This document shows, in pieces, positions 29,780 to 44,399 of a stretch of 64,000 nucleotides of DNA. Numbering within the stretch: the first letter of the stretch is position 1; the number at the start of each line of letters is the position of its first letter. The notes under the pieces are model-generated. The model did no database searches and was not told where the DNA came from. It saw only the letters and a program-made list of their open reading frames with translations. The stretch comes from Octopus sinensis (taxonomy: Eukaryota), in assembly GCF_006345805.1 (NCBI RefSeq), contig NC_043024.1, positions 14,012,001-14,076,000 on the forward strand. Reading direction: 5' to 3'. Position numbers and translations under genes: made by a program.

Positions 29780-30912
29780 ATGACACTCGAGAAATATGGA
29801 AACACCTTCGCCACCTATATCCATAACAACTGGAAAAGATACCTCGATGACTGTTTCATCATCTGGGACAAAGGCATAGAGAAACTTGAGGAATTTAAAA
29901 TTCTATTAAATGGAATAAATGACAATATACAATTCACGATGGACCACAACGAAAAAGAATTACCATTTTTAGACATCCTCATTAAGAAAACCGGCAACAA
30001 AATAGAGACAGATATCTACTATAAACCGACAGACTCTAAACAGTACCTACCCTTTGATTCATGCCACCCACGACACACTAGAATGAATGTCCCTTTTTGT
30101 TTAGCTAGAAGGATTTGCACCATAATATCAGACACAAACACCCGACACACACGTCTCCAGGAACTTAGAACCACACTCACAAATAGAAACTACCCACAGC
30201 CCCTAATAGACAGTGCAATCCAACGGGTACTTAAATTAAGTATAGAAGACCTGAGACAAACAAAACCAAAAAAGAAAGAACAATTAAAAACCCTTCCCTA
30301 CATCTCTACACACAACCCACTCAACAATGAGGCCTTCAACACCATACTACAAAGCACAGCCCTACTAAAGGGAGACCCAAAGATGAACCGGATCCTCGAA
30401 ACACACACCATCATTAAAAGTAAACGGCAACCAAAATCCTTGAAAAGGATTTTAACCCAAGCTACACTGCACTCAACATCAACCACAAAACCAGCAGTTA
30501 GAAAATGTGGAAGGCCCAACTGCGGAATCTGTGTCATCTTGAAAGAAGGATCAGAATTTATACTGGAACAAGGCCACCAGTTCACCATTAGAACAACTTC
30601 ACCTGCGCATCAGAAAACTTAATTTACGTCATAACATGCGCAGGCTGCAATAGGCAGTATATAGGCCATACACAAAATAGCTTACGTAACAGGATGGCGG
30701 TGCATAAATCACAAATTAGAAACCCTGATTACCGCAAAATACCGGTCAGCGGACACATAGATAGATGTGCTGGAAATGTAAATCCGAAATTTACAACTAA
30801 CCCGCTCTATAAATTCAGTGACAACGCAACCTTCACACAACGCCAAAATAAAGAACTATATTTCATAAAAAAATTTAGACCAAGTTTAAACACCCTGGGC
30901 CAGGAATACTAA
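29780..30912 (+). pseudogene. Penelope-like RT (YLDD, thumb) plus GIY-YIG endonuclease, one frameshift near 30595
   Basis: RYLDDCFIIW, LPFLDILI, YYKPTDSKQYLPFDSCHP, CGRPNCGIC; after the shift NFTCASENLIYVITCAGCNRQYIGHTQNSLRNRMAVHK...E.YFIKKFRPSLN; stop at 30912. Confidence 0.9.
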
Positions 30913-31078
30913 AACAAAAGATAAGTCCTCCGAAAAGGAGAACCAAATTTCACCACGGCCGCTACTTCAAACAGACACTCACTCTGACGGAAATATGCCT
31001 TAGTAAAAAAGGAAAAAATTATTTCGTGAAAATCTGACCCTGATACATACGATACAGCTAAGGGTCAGACCCGATTCT

Positions 31079-31450
31079 GATTGGTCAACAAGTTGATGAC
31101 GTCTAGCTCTGCTAGAATGGACAGGATAGAAACAGGGGACAGTCATTAGTCAGAATATTGATGACGTCCTTTTCTGCTTGAATAGTCACCTAACAAGTAC
31201 AGACAGGGGGCAGATCTAATGTAGCTATAAGTCGTGATTGGGCAGAATCTGGATGACGTCCCGCTATGCTTGACTAACGAAGCGACTGGTCAAGACAGGA
31301 AACAAACAAGAGGGAGTTATAATGCAGCGATTGGTCAAAATAATGATGACGTCCCGTTCCACTTGATTAAAGCCACCTAACGAAACGATTGGTCAAAACA
31401 TTGATGACGTCACGCTACGCTAGATTGACCACCTAACAGGCATTATAAAA
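31079..31450 (+). promoter_or_regulatory. Putative Pol II promoter of the PLE pseudo-LTR: 5 CCAAT-CRE modules plus TATA
   Basis: GATTGG (one CATTAG) at 31079, 31144, 31236, 31329, 31387, each followed 18 nt later by TGACGTC; TATAAAA at 31444-31450. Confidence 0.6.
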
Positions 31451-31791
31451 CCGAGCATTTCACAAAAACCCACTAGAACCACCCAGCGAACTTCCACCAT
31501 GGGTCATCACAATTGCTTAAGGTAAAAATGAATTCCTCGCTCTTTCGGAAACATCAATCTTCTGTATTGACCGCTTTCTACCACTTTGATCTGTTTTTTG
31601 TATTGAATACGTATCGCCACCGTGGGCCACTGCATCGAACACTTTGAACATATACTTCAAACTATATATCAACTATACATGAACTATATATCAACTATAC
31701 ATGAACTCTAAGATGTCTGACTCCGTTGTGTATTATAAATGAATTCTTGTGTTTGACGGCATGAGCTGTCTCTTTTTATATATAACTTTTT

Positions 31792-31825
31792 TTGATAAGG
31801 TTCATTTCAGGAACTGAAACATGTT
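31792..31825 (+). ncRNA. Minimal hammerhead-like motif with U3-A8 core variant
   Basis: TTGATAA-GGTTC(atttcag)GAACT-GAAAC-AT-GTT; palindromic AACATGTT stem III. No adjacent stem I pairing. Confidence 0.35.
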
Positions 31826-31890
31826 TTAATGTATATATAAAAATTAAAAATGTATAATACAGCAGCATTTTCGAACTTCATTTTTTACAA

Positions 31891-32390
<500 letters not shown>

Positions 32391-33402
32391 TTCTTAATAA
32401 TATATATACATATCTATGTAGGTGTATATATGTGTGTATGTATGTAAGTATGTATATGTGCATGTATGCATGTGTATATGTATGCATGTATGTATATATG
32501 CCGCACGAATGTATATAAGCACGCATGTATTTGAATATATATATGTATACATGCATGCATATATGCAATTACGTATATATGTATGCATTATATATGTATG
32601 TATATATGTATGTATGCGTGTATAATGTATGTATACACTCATGTATGTATGCATGCAAATATATTCCGACGGTGGATATCCGATACCCTTTATTCCGCAT
32701 ATATTTCCTGACCAATCAAACACACGGAAGTTTGTTGTACACACAATGGAACGGAATTAACAATAATGTTCGATATACACATGTACTTTTAAAGTGTGTA
32801 TGCGCATGCGTATGTGCGTTAGTATGCACATTTATTCATAAATACTTACACCCATGTATTCACAGAAATTTACAGATATATACATATATATATATAACCA
32901 TAGGTATACATGCATGGCACAATTCTATTCATTTTCACTGCATCTCTTATCTGGCAACACAGTAACATCAAAAATCCAATTAAATATTTGTACAGTGGTT
33001 AGTTTCTTTTGTATTACTATATTGTTAAGACGAGATTGGTACAAAGATAACACGTTTAAAATTAATACCAGAATGTATAACTATTTTCTGTTTTTCGAAA
33101 ACTTTCGATATATTCCTCTTGGCATAAATATACATTAGAAATTTGAATTACTTGATCGACTATGAGATGCAAATTAAATTGGATTCGTATACTCTAGCAT
33201 TAAAATACTATTCCCTCCTAATTTTATTAAATAAATATACATATCATTTGCGTCAAACTTTTATGAAAGGAAGAAAGCAATTTCTCCTTTGAGGCGAACG
33301 TATTAGATATTATTATTATATCATACTTCCAGTGCCCTTCGACAAGAACTCATTTGAATTACTGCATTGTGTATATATATGTATATATATGATATATATA
33401 TG

Positions 33403-33451
<49 letters not shown>

Positions 33452-33489
33452 GTGTGTGTGTGTGTGTGTGTGTATTCATATATATATAT

Positions 33490-33516
33490 AGATATATAGA
33501 TGGATAGATAGATAGC

Positions 33517-33554
<38 letters not shown>

Positions 33555-33641
33555 TATAGATAGATAGATAGATAGATTGATTGATAGACAGACAGATAGA
33601 TAGATAGATAGATAGATAGAGAGAGAGATAGATAGACAGAT

Positions 33642-33708
<67 letters not shown>

Positions 33709-33775
33709 GAGATAGAGAGATAGATATATAGATAGATAGATAGATAGGTAAATAGATAGATAGATAGATAGATAC

Positions 33776-33841
<66 letters not shown>

Positions 33842-33842
33842 G

Positions 33843-33892
<50 letters not shown>

Positions 33893-33965
33893 CAGATAGA
33901 TAGATAGATAGATAGATAGAGAGATAGAGAGATAGAGAGATAGATAGATGGATATAGATAGATAA
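33490..33965. repeat. (GATA)n tetranucleotide array
   Basis: Directly visible. Confidence 0.95.
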
Positions 33966-34110
33966 ATAGATATGTATATGCACACACACAAATTCGTGTG
34001 TGTGCTTACGTGCGTGTGTTAGTACGTGTGCATATATTTCTACGAGTGTGCGAATGTTTATATATATATAGTTATATATATTCGTATATGCATATGTATG
34101 TATAAGTACA

Positions 34111-34151
<41 letters not shown>

Positions 34152-34999
34152 TATATAATATATATATATATATACATATATATACACATACACATACATA
34201 TATATAATATATATACATATATATATATATGCTTTTGTGTATGCACATATGCATGCATAACTGTATTCATGACTATATATATATATATATATACATATAT
34301 ATAAATATATGTATGTATGTATATGTATATGTATATAAGTATACACGTACATACAGGAACAGACGCACACATGTATACACACCCATGCATTTACTTATGT
34401 ATGCTGTTTTAATTCGAATATAATTTCATAATATCATTTTTTTTTTCTTTTTGCTTCCAGAAATGTTCTACGCATTCATCCAATTAAATTAATAATTAAT
34501 GTAATTCTCTTATTGCCGGAATCTAGATCCATCCAGAGATTTAACCCCAAGGAGTTTACTTATCGAAATATGGCTGGAATACATATCCTGGAAGGCGTTT
34601 CTCTCGAATCTAAATTAGTAATTCTATTAAAAGCCTCAACTGAATCTAAAGAATTGCTTCTTTTTTGTTACATCTCAAATAATGTTTGAATGTTTAGCTT
34701 TAATATATTATTTAGTTTTCAATTTATTTTCATCATTTATATTGACATATTTATTTGGAAACACAAGGCAAATAAATTCATACCTTCTTATAAAATCATT
34801 GAGTACAATTGAAGTTCAGGGTATCGTCTTTCTAACTGTATTAGTTTCTTCTTAATGTTTTATTATCACCAGTAATACTGAGCGCGCCTGTAGTGAATAT
34901 TGCCCTATTACGAGAGACATCATCCAATTATTTAAAAAACAACTGGCCTCACTCTATTTCTATTCCTAGTAGGTCTCTAGACCAGCTTTGAAGCGATAG

Positions 35000-35282
35000 C
35001 CAGTCACCTGGTATTTCTAGCAAATATATTGACTGCTCTTGAAACGGTGGCCATTTGGCTGCTAATTCTTGCGTATCTATTTACAGCTCTTTAAAACGCT
35101 AGTCATTTGGGTGCTATTTCTTGTACATCTATTTACCACCTTTAAACTGCTATTTATTAGGTTACTATTTCTAGCAGTTCCATTCACCACTTTTTAGGGC
35201 GGTACACATTTGCCTGCTATTTCTAGCACGTCTATTGACCGCTCTTTAAAACAATAGTCATTTGACTGCTATTTCTAGCAAT
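35000..35282. repeat. Degenerate 52-bp minisatellite (~5-6 units)
   Basis: catttg.ctgctatttctagca motif at 35052, 35104, 35207, 35259. Confidence 0.7.
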
Positions 35283-35475
35283 TTTAAGGTGTATTATGAT
35301 CATAATTTAGTATGTAGCTTGATTTAGAAAATCAAATATTCATAATCCCACGAAGCGAATACGGGTTCACCCGAATAATAGTCGGATTGCTCACTAACGA
35401 AACCTGGTTTCTTAGTGTTTTCTGCAGCAAATCGGAACCTGGACTGTACAAGAGAGTTCTTGCGGTACACACCTG

Positions 35476-36068
35476 GATTATTTATCCTTTGTACTCTAGG
35501 CACAAGGCTCGAAATTTGGGGGAGCGGGCCAGTCGATTAGACCGACTCCACTACGCAACAGGTGCTTAGTTTATCGACCCCGAAAGGATGAAAGGCAAAG
35601 TCGACCTCGGTGGAATTTGAACTAAGAACGTAAAGACAGAGACGAAATACCTATTTCTTTACTACCCACAAGGGGCTAAACACAGAGGGGACAAACAAGG
35701 ACAGACAAAAGGATTAAGTCGATTACACCGACTCCAGTATGCAACAGGTGCTTAGTTTATCGACCCCGAAAGGATGAAAGACAAAGTCGACCTCGGTGGA
35801 ATTTGAACTCAGAACATAAAGACAGACGAAATACCTATTTCTTTACTACCCACAAGGCACTACACACAGAAGAAACAAACAAGGACAGACAAAAGGATTA
35901 AGTCGATTATATTGACTCCAGTGCATAACTGGTACTTAATTTATCGACCCCGAAAGGATGAAAGGCAAAGTCGACCTCCGCGGAATTTGAACTCAGAACG
36001 TAACGGCAGACGAAATACCGCTAAGCATTTCGCCCGGCGTGCTAACATTTATGCCAGCTCGCCGCCTT
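35476..36068 (-). mobile_element. SINE family A, head plus 3 tandem bodies
   Basis: Repeated gaaatac|ctatttcttt junction; head ends at 36068. Confidence 0.85.
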
Positions 36069-37089
36069 CGCCTGGGTTATTTAACACTTTATACTCGTTC
36101 GTATTTATATATTGATGTGTATGTGTGTGTGTGTGTCAGTGTGTTTGTGTGTGAGTGTTCACGCGTGGTGCAATGTATGTTCTTAAATACCACTGTACCT
36201 CTTCAGAAAGCGTGATTGTTTACATACTTAAACGCTGATGTAATACGATAAACCCCAATGTTCCTGATAATAAATGAAGCTATTTCGATCCCTAAGTGTC
36301 CTAGTTTCTGCCAACGAACAAATCTATTTCGTTACACAAATGGCTGGATATCATTTTGACGTAACACGTTCGCTGTACACATTTGCGCAATAAATTCGAA
36401 AAACCTAAGTCTGAATTGCAGAAGACATTTGTAAAAGCCATTAGATATACGTGGACGAAATGGCGAATACTTTACTTGCTCAGGTAATGTGACGAAATAA
36501 TCTGAATCAGTGGTATGAGAAATGCCAGTGTAAAATATAATACAACAGAACATTATGTGTATATGTTCGTGCGTGGACATAAATGTCAGCATGTTACCAT
36601 ATTTATTATCAAACAAATTGCCGCCACAAGGAACTGTATTGCAACGATTGGAATCTGCTATGCAAGCGATGAAAATACTTGTCAATTATGTTATTCGATT
36701 TCTCCATATATCACCAAGGTAAGAGTAGGGCGCCGGGGGAGTCATATGGGTGGTTGCTCGTGCGGCTAGAAATAACAACCGAATTACCCCTTAAATGTTT
36801 CACTTCAAAATGACGTGGGTTGTACTGAATTCTTAGTTCTGTTGCTCACAACTGATTACTCAGCTCAAACACAATTTGAACAAACTTGAACAGTTGTTCA
36901 GGTTGAATGAAATTTAGTTTTGGTGACAAGAAATATATTACCATTAATCATATGTCATCTACAATGTATAACTTTTGTGAAAATCCTCGGAATTAACTAA
37001 GAAATTGTTTGTAACGCATGCTCCATGTCTAACTACTGTAATGTCTAAATAGGAAGATATTGCTTGTCACTATAAGTATGCATAAAAGA

Positions 37090-37440
37090 AAGGCGGCGAG
37101 CTGGCAGAAACGTTAGCACGCCGGGCGAAATGCTTAGCCGTATTTTGTCTGCCGTTACGTTCTGTGTTCAAATTCCGCCGAGCTCGACTTAATCCCTTTG
37201 TCTGTCCTTGTTTGTTCCCTCTATGTTTAGCCCCTTGTGGGTAGTAAAGAAATAGGTATTTTGTCTGCCGTTACGTTCTGAGTTCAAATTCCGCCGAGAT
37301 CGATTTTTGCCTTTCATGCATTCGATTTTGCCTTTCATGCATTCGGGGTTGATAAATAAGTACCAGTTTCGCACTGGTACTTTTGTCTGTCCTTGTTTGT
37401 CCCTCTATGTTTAGCCCCTTGTGGGCAGTAAAGAAATATA
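37090..37440 (+). mobile_element. SINE family A with rearranged tandem bodies
   Basis: Head at 37090, internal deletion, 22-bp duplication near 37300-37345. Confidence 0.8.
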
Positions 37441-38490
37441 TAAGTATGCATAAAAATGCACCAACTTATAGAAATACACATTCGTAGCACCCTTTCTCCC
37501 TCTCTCTCACTCACTCTCTCTCTCTCTTTCTCCTGCCCACACACACATATAGGCACATGCATAAACGCACACACCGAATGGGGTCATAAGGCAGCAGTTC
37601 GATACATACATGCAATTAAAATTTACATCCAGCCGTGAGTAAATTCTTTCCATTGCCCCAGTTCACTCAGTTGTCGATAATGTGTGGCGCCTGTTCTTAA
37701 AAGCGCCAGCCTCATCATGTGAATTTCCCTCAGAACTACGTTTATAGGTAACCAGGTCTGGAGTGCTCAACCACTTCCAGACTGTTCCCGTAATGGGGTC
37801 AGAAGGGACCCTTGACGTCGTAACCGACGAAGTGCCACTTAATATTTTTGTGCAGGTATTCCTGTTCTGTGTGAGGTAGTATTTTATAGCAAAGAGGAGA
37901 AAGCGTACTGCCGACTGGGTGTAGGTTTTTAATTAAATCCATTCTGCCGATACCTTGAAATGCTACCGCAGTTCCTAACTACGGCTTCATCCATAAAAAC
38001 CATTATTGATGAATAATTTAGAAGGAAACCTAGAACATTATAACACGAGATAGTATCATATCCCCGCTGTTTTATTGGATAATGCGTGTTATAGAATCTA
38101 TTATGTGAAAGGAATAGAATGGGATTCCTTGTGTTTGAAAAATCAAATTCTATTTTATGTTTAAGCTGTATAATGTGTGAGGAATTTCTCAGTGGTTACT
38201 TCCCGCCTTTGTATCAGCTACCATGTATATCGTGGCTTGAATGTTTGACGCTTGTATTTCTGTGAGTCGTCATTAGTGAATGGCAGTCGTTCATGTGATG
38301 GTGCATGGTCTAGCGGGTAAGGTACCACATACGCGATCGCTATTCATGGTTTCATTTATCGTACCTGGTGGTGTTTTGTGTTCCCGAGTAAAGCAATTAT
38401 TTTCCCGTTGGTCTGTGGTTCACTTCAAGACCTGAGGGTTTGTACGCTTCGCAACTCATCCGACAACGTCGATTTCAGGAAATCGCACCA

Positions 38491-38888
38491 GGATTATTTA
38501 TCCTTTTCTGCTCTAGACACAAGGAGCGAAATTTGGGGGAGGGGGCCAGTCGATTAGATCGACTCCAGTACGCAACTGGTACTTAGTTTATCGACCCCGA
38601 AAGGATGAAAGGCAAAGCCGACCTTGGTGAAATTTTAACTCAGAACGTAAAGACAGACGAAATACCTATTTCTTTACTACCCACAAGGGACTAAACATAG
38701 AGGGGAAAAACAAGGACAGACAAACGGATTAAGTCGATTACATTGACTCCAGTGCGTAACCGGTACTTAGATAATCGACCCCGAAAGGATGAAAGGCAAA
38801 GTCGGCATCGGCGGAATTTAAACTCATAACGTAAAGACAGACGAAATAACTATTACTTTACTACCCACAAGGGGCTAAACACAGAGAG
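38491..38888 (-). mobile_element. Headless SINE A tandem bodies
   Basis: Two to three body units joined at the same junction. Confidence 0.8.
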
Positions 38889-40268
38889 CGCTAATGTACA
38901 GTACATACATTTGATACCTACAAATAGATCCTTTGCGCAGGTTGTTAAGAAAGAAATTGCACTACCGTTTTTTCTCAGACTACGAGAGACCGCCATCTTG
39001 TCTTCTTATTTGCGATATCCATGGCCAGCCCCAATATACACAGATATTCTTTACATTGCACAGATATTGTCTACATTGCATATAATGTACTTTATCTTCT
39101 GCAGCTTTTACTTGTTTTATTATTTTTCAACCATTATTACAATTTGCATTATAAGTTCATTCTAGAGCGTCACCTTCTTTTTTTCTTATTTGGAAAATTC
39201 TAAACAGTTTTATTATGACGGTTTTATTCCTAAAGTTGTTTGGCCGCATTTTATTTATGTCTCCTTATTTGTTCTATTTTCCTTAATCGATTTTTACTAT
39301 TTCATCACCATTTATTAGTTTCACATTTTCCTTCACTGGTTTCATTTATTTTCATTGTTAAATTCGCGCCGTTTCGATTAGGGAAGTATTATCGATTTCC
39401 GATGGAAAATTCAACAATGATTGTAATGTTTAACAAGTAAGGATATCAAGCAAAATATACAGGCAGACTTTGTATATTTTGCAATTTATATTTTGATAAC
39501 CATCAATTGACAAAATTTACTCATAAATTTTCTAACTTAACGATATACATAACCGCTTCAACACCTTCAGCGTCACAATCTCATTAAGCTAGTTAAATAA
39601 ATCAACGTAAGCATAAAAATAAGAACAATCGTATTAATAGTAAATACAAGAATTATTCATCACTCTATTAATAAATAATCTTTTTAATTATTATAAGTAT
39701 CCTTTATAAGCCTCCGTTCAGTATGAAGTCGCATATATATCTACTATATTTGTCTGTAATATTAAAAGTATTAAATGTACGCCGATATACGTCGAGCTAG
39801 ATTTAGTAATGAGAACATACGATAGAGATATTCAAGCAAAGGACTACGTACTGCAAAGGTAATACTTATAGTTTGTATGAATATAGACACGGGATATAAG
39901 CATGTGATTCAATCGCGATTTGAATCCGAGTCGTTCTGGGTTTGGTGCATGTAGGCATATATATAAGACGTTTTTTTCATTCAGTGATGATTGGTCAAAG
40001 ATTTGGTCATAGAATTATATTAATGGATCTCCGTACGTGTTTCTGTGTATACGCATTTTATACCTACATACATACACACATGCATACATACATACATACA
40101 TGCATGCATACATACATACATACATACATACATACATGCATACATACCGAAAAATCCCTCATGGATTCCTCCAATATTGCAGTATCGCCTGATGAAATGA
40201 ATCAGTGATGATGAAAAACCGGATGCCCACGGATATACGGATTATACTGTACTAATCCCAAGGACAGA

Positions 40269-40647
40269 GGTGAAATGGCCCAGTGGTTAGAGCAGCGGAC
40301 TTGCGATCGTAGGATCGCAGTTTTAATTCCCAGACCGGGTGTTGTGAGTGTTTATTGAGCGAAAACAGCTAAAGCTCCACGAGGCTCCGGCACGGGGTGG
40401 TGGCGAACCCTGCTGTACTCTTTCACCACAATTTTCTCTCACTGTCTCTTTCTTCCTGTTTCTGTTGTGTCTGTATTTCAAAGGGCCAACCCTTCCACAC
40501 TCTGTGTCTTGCTGAATCTCCCCGAAAACTACGTTAAGGGTACACGTGTCTGCGGAGTGCTTAGCCATTTGCACGTTAATTTCACGAGCCGGCTGTTCCG
40601 TTGATATACTCAACTGGAACCCTTGTTGTCGTAGCCGACGGAGTGCC
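40269..40647 (+). mobile_element. tRNA-derived SINE family C, near full length
   Basis: Head ggtgaaatggcccagtggttagagcagcggac (A box), decayed B box; tail shared with 27080-27219. Confidence 0.8.
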
Positions 40648-41479
40648 GCGGACGAATTCCAAGGATACCGGCTCTGGTGTCACAATCACATGATTCATGG
40701 AATCGCGGTTTACGACTTATTAAGTATTTATAAATTCCAACCTAGAATTATTGTTATCATTATAATTTATCCTTCATTATATTGGTATAACCATGATGCA
40801 CCCCATTCGATGGTACACGGAATAATGAAGTATTGCTATATTTGTATAGCCTTAACTTCACCGTAAACGAATTTAAAAGATGTTTACATATATATGAGCC
40901 TATATATCCCATCTGTGTGTGTGTATTGAAGAGATTAGCTTCAAAACTAGAAGTATGCATCGGAATGAATTTTGAGTAATTGTTTAAAACAACAAGTGGA
41001 ATATATTTGATTTTAATTGGAAGACGAAGATTCGCCTACTGTCTCCATGGCATCTTTCCCAGTTTAACTGAAAAACAAAATTCAAGTCCATGAAGCCAGC
41101 ATCTTGCAGATTGTGTTTTAATGATTGTCATGAAATCGACCGAATATCCACTTACACCGCTTTTGAATGCAATCTGCTCATAGATGAAAATATCGGTGTA
41201 TGTATATATAGAGAGCACGATAAGTATTGAGGGCACAGATGGAAATTTAATGAAGCGACTCTTATCTAGCTTCAACCAAATGTATTTTCAAAAAAAAATA
41301 TTCAGCATTTGTTTTAAATTAGTTTTCGTATAAGCTTATCGTATGAATCCGGTTTCTGCAATGATGACTGCTTTAATTCGCCGCCAGATCCGTTACCATG
41401 CCTGCAATAAATGAACTTTATTTATTCAGATATCTCCTCAACAATGGCTGATCTTAGTGATGCTATGGTATGAAGCTAT

Positions 41480-41740
41480 GGCATTGTGAGTATGTCGTTT
41501 AGTCGCCATTGCAACAACGCCCCGAACGGGGAATTTCAATGGGATTAGAATCTAATCACAAGTTTAGCTTTACGCATTCGTTAAGATTGTCTGACATCCT
41601 CTTTGGTGTACCTGAGCTTTCTAAGAACGTCCAGAAGGTTGCTGAGACACGCATGTCTAGTCTCTGTGACTTCGTCCATCCAGGACAAAGCAACGGTCTC
41701 TAGCGTCTCAATGTATCCAGACCTTCTGGAAAGAAGTGAT
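41480..41740 (-). pseudogene. Decayed Tc1/mariner-type transposase DDE/D fragment
   Basis: YIETLETVALSWMDEV...QQPSGRS*KAQVHQ resembles YxxxLExVVxPW...FQQDSAPxHKAxxTQ. Confidence 0.5.
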
Positions 41741-42263
41741 GTGTCATGACATGAAATATCGTTATTCACACCTCACAACTAATGCCATACCGTTGCCGAA
41801 AATTGTGCATCACAAGGGGGACATCAGAGAAGTCGGCACATAATAATAATTGTTGCTTTCATTATCTTTTGTCTTGATCGATGCTGTCCTCAGATTAAAA
41901 CCTAATTATGCGGGTTCGTAACACCCCTGCCTCTTTGCAGATATGCATTGACCTCACATCAATAGACACAACTCGTATGGAATGGCCCGGGGCACCACAG
42001 TTCAAATTCTTAGCGTTCTATGAGGATGTCTCACGTTGTGTCCAGAGAATACCTATTGATAATATCTCGATTCCGCCGTAAGAATTGTAGTGTCTTTATT
42101 TTGCCCCAACGTATATGACTTGCTCCAATGTTTTTTCCCCCTCTTTAATACATTTCAAACCTTGGCCGCCAGAGGCTCCCAATTTCATCTGAGTTTTGTG
42201 GACAAACGCTGTCGCAAAATTTAGTACGTTAGTAATTCTTCATTTGCCTTCTTCTTCTGCATA

Positions 42264-42650
42264 TACTCTTTTACTCTTTTATTTGTTTCTGTCATTTGAC
42301 TGTGGCCATGCTTGGAGCACCACCTTTAGACGACCGAATCGAACCCACAACTCATTCTTTGTAAGCCTCGTACTTATTTTATCGGTCATTTTTGCCGAAC
42401 CGCTAAGTTATGGGGACGTAACCACACCAGCATCGGTTGTCAAGCGATGTTGGGGGTACAAACACAGACACACAAACATATACACACACATACATATATA
42501 CATATTCAGTTTCCGTCTACCAAATCCACTCACAAGGCTTTGGTCGGGCCGAGGCTATAGTAGCAGACACTTTCCCAAGGTGCCACGCAGTGGGACTGAA
42601 CCCGGAACCATGTGGTTCGTAAGCAAGCTATTTACTACACAGCCACTCCT
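42264..42650 (-). mobile_element. SINE family B, near full length
   Basis: Colinear with 9833-10274. Confidence 0.85.
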
Positions 42651-43244
42651 ACGGCTATGTGGCAACGATGCCTTTTCATTTCTTGTTTTAGCATTTATCT
42701 GTTATGGAAGACTCCGACGTAATAACAGTCGATGAAATAGTGCAAACACAAAACTTAAAATTAAACCCTGAGGTTGCTATATTCCGCGAAAACAAGGCAT
42801 GAATACTATACCCTAACCTGGCCACAGTCCACAGTTTAAACTAGAATTTAACCGTGAAAAATCTATATCCTGTGACATAGATGACACAGATACGAGCGTA
42901 TTGACACTTAACGATGTGTACCGAGAGGATTTCTCCAAACATATCATATATAAATTGATAAAAGTTTAAGAGAATACGAGGACAGACAAGGGAGATAAAA
43001 ACAAAATTCGAAACATATGTCGCATGTTTATTTTTTCATTTCTTTTTCTTTTTTGGTGTTTATTTCTATGTTGTTGCTAAAATAGATGGTGATTTCTTGT
43101 TGACGCTCTTCATAATTTTGTGTAGAATATTTTGTGACAGTTTTAATATATTTTACTCTGGTTTCTCTATAGTTCGTGTTGTTTAATATTGTCTTCGTTT
43201 ATTTTCATATATTCTAAACGTTGTTTCTACTGTTCGTGTTTTTT

Positions 43245-43287
<43 letters not shown>

Positions 43288-43595
43288 TTTTTCATTTATT
43301 TCGTCAATCTTATGGATAGGAAACATGTAGACGGTAAAAAATGTTTTTTGAAAAAAATAACAGGAAAAAAATACCAAGACCGAAAAAAAAACACAACAAT
43401 AGACACAAAAAATGTGAGGCAAAAAAAATTTTATTTCCAATCTTTAAATATTTACGACAGCAACTTTCTTCTTAACTCAGTAACGTTGCCAAACACTGAG
43501 TGGAAACAGCAATACACACACACACGCACACACACACTTATATATATATATATATATACATACATATATATACACATATATATATACACACACCC

Positions 43596-43671
<76 letters not shown>

Positions 43672-44399
43672 TATACACACATATACATATACATATATAT
43701 ATATATATATATACATAATATATAAAATATATGCGCACATATATTGCCACTGGCACTGACATATATACATACATGTATATGTGCGTGTGTGCATATATAT
43801 ATATATGTATGTATATATATGTGCATATATATATATATATAAACATATATATGCAACTATATGCAAGTGTGTGTATGTACGCGCACGTTTGCCTCTGTGT
43901 GTGTGGGGGGCGTGTTGAGAGAGAAAGAGAAAGCGTGCGAAATATACACAGAGAGACAGACCGCGAGTGACAGACAACTATAATAAAACAATAAAATTTA
44001 ACAGAAAAAAAAGCAGAGCGAAAAAAAACAGAATGAATTGGTGAAAGAAATAGGAAGACAGAAGCAAACAAAGAGAGGAAGAAAGAAATAATGGTATGAT
44101 GGAAGCCTTCCTTGGTGAAGAAGCCGTAAATATATCAAGTAGAAGAAGAAGAAGAAGAAGAAGAAAATATGTAAACAAGACGTGAATACGTTTTTCATTA
44201 GATTTTGGCGTTAAAAGTCAACAGTGAAACTAATATAACAATATCGTAAAATTTTAAATAGAATGTGTAAGCGATATATGTAGTCGGAAGACGGGCTAGA
44301 AATAGAAGCCAAAATAACGTTAATGGATACACCACTATGGCAAAAAAAATATCGAGGGCAGATGAGGAACATATTTTTAAAAGCTGTATTTAAATATCC

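Larger units (their letters stand above)
29759..31850 (+). mobile_element. 5'-truncated Penelope-like element with 3' pseudo-LTR
   Basis: Begins right after a (TA)n tract; RT + GIY-YIG remnant followed by ~0.9 kb with promoter motifs and an HHR-like motif; ends before another (TA)n tract. Confidence 0.85.

Noticed and set aside
31079-31420. Repeat-spacer pattern resembling a CRISPR array
   Set aside because: Eukaryotic context, degenerate repeats, related spacers of variable length, no cas genes; explained as pseudo-LTR modules.
33316-34390. ORFs with (YLSI)n and (IY)n repeats
   Set aside because: Translations of (GATA)n and (TA)n. The same applies to most short ORFs in the track.
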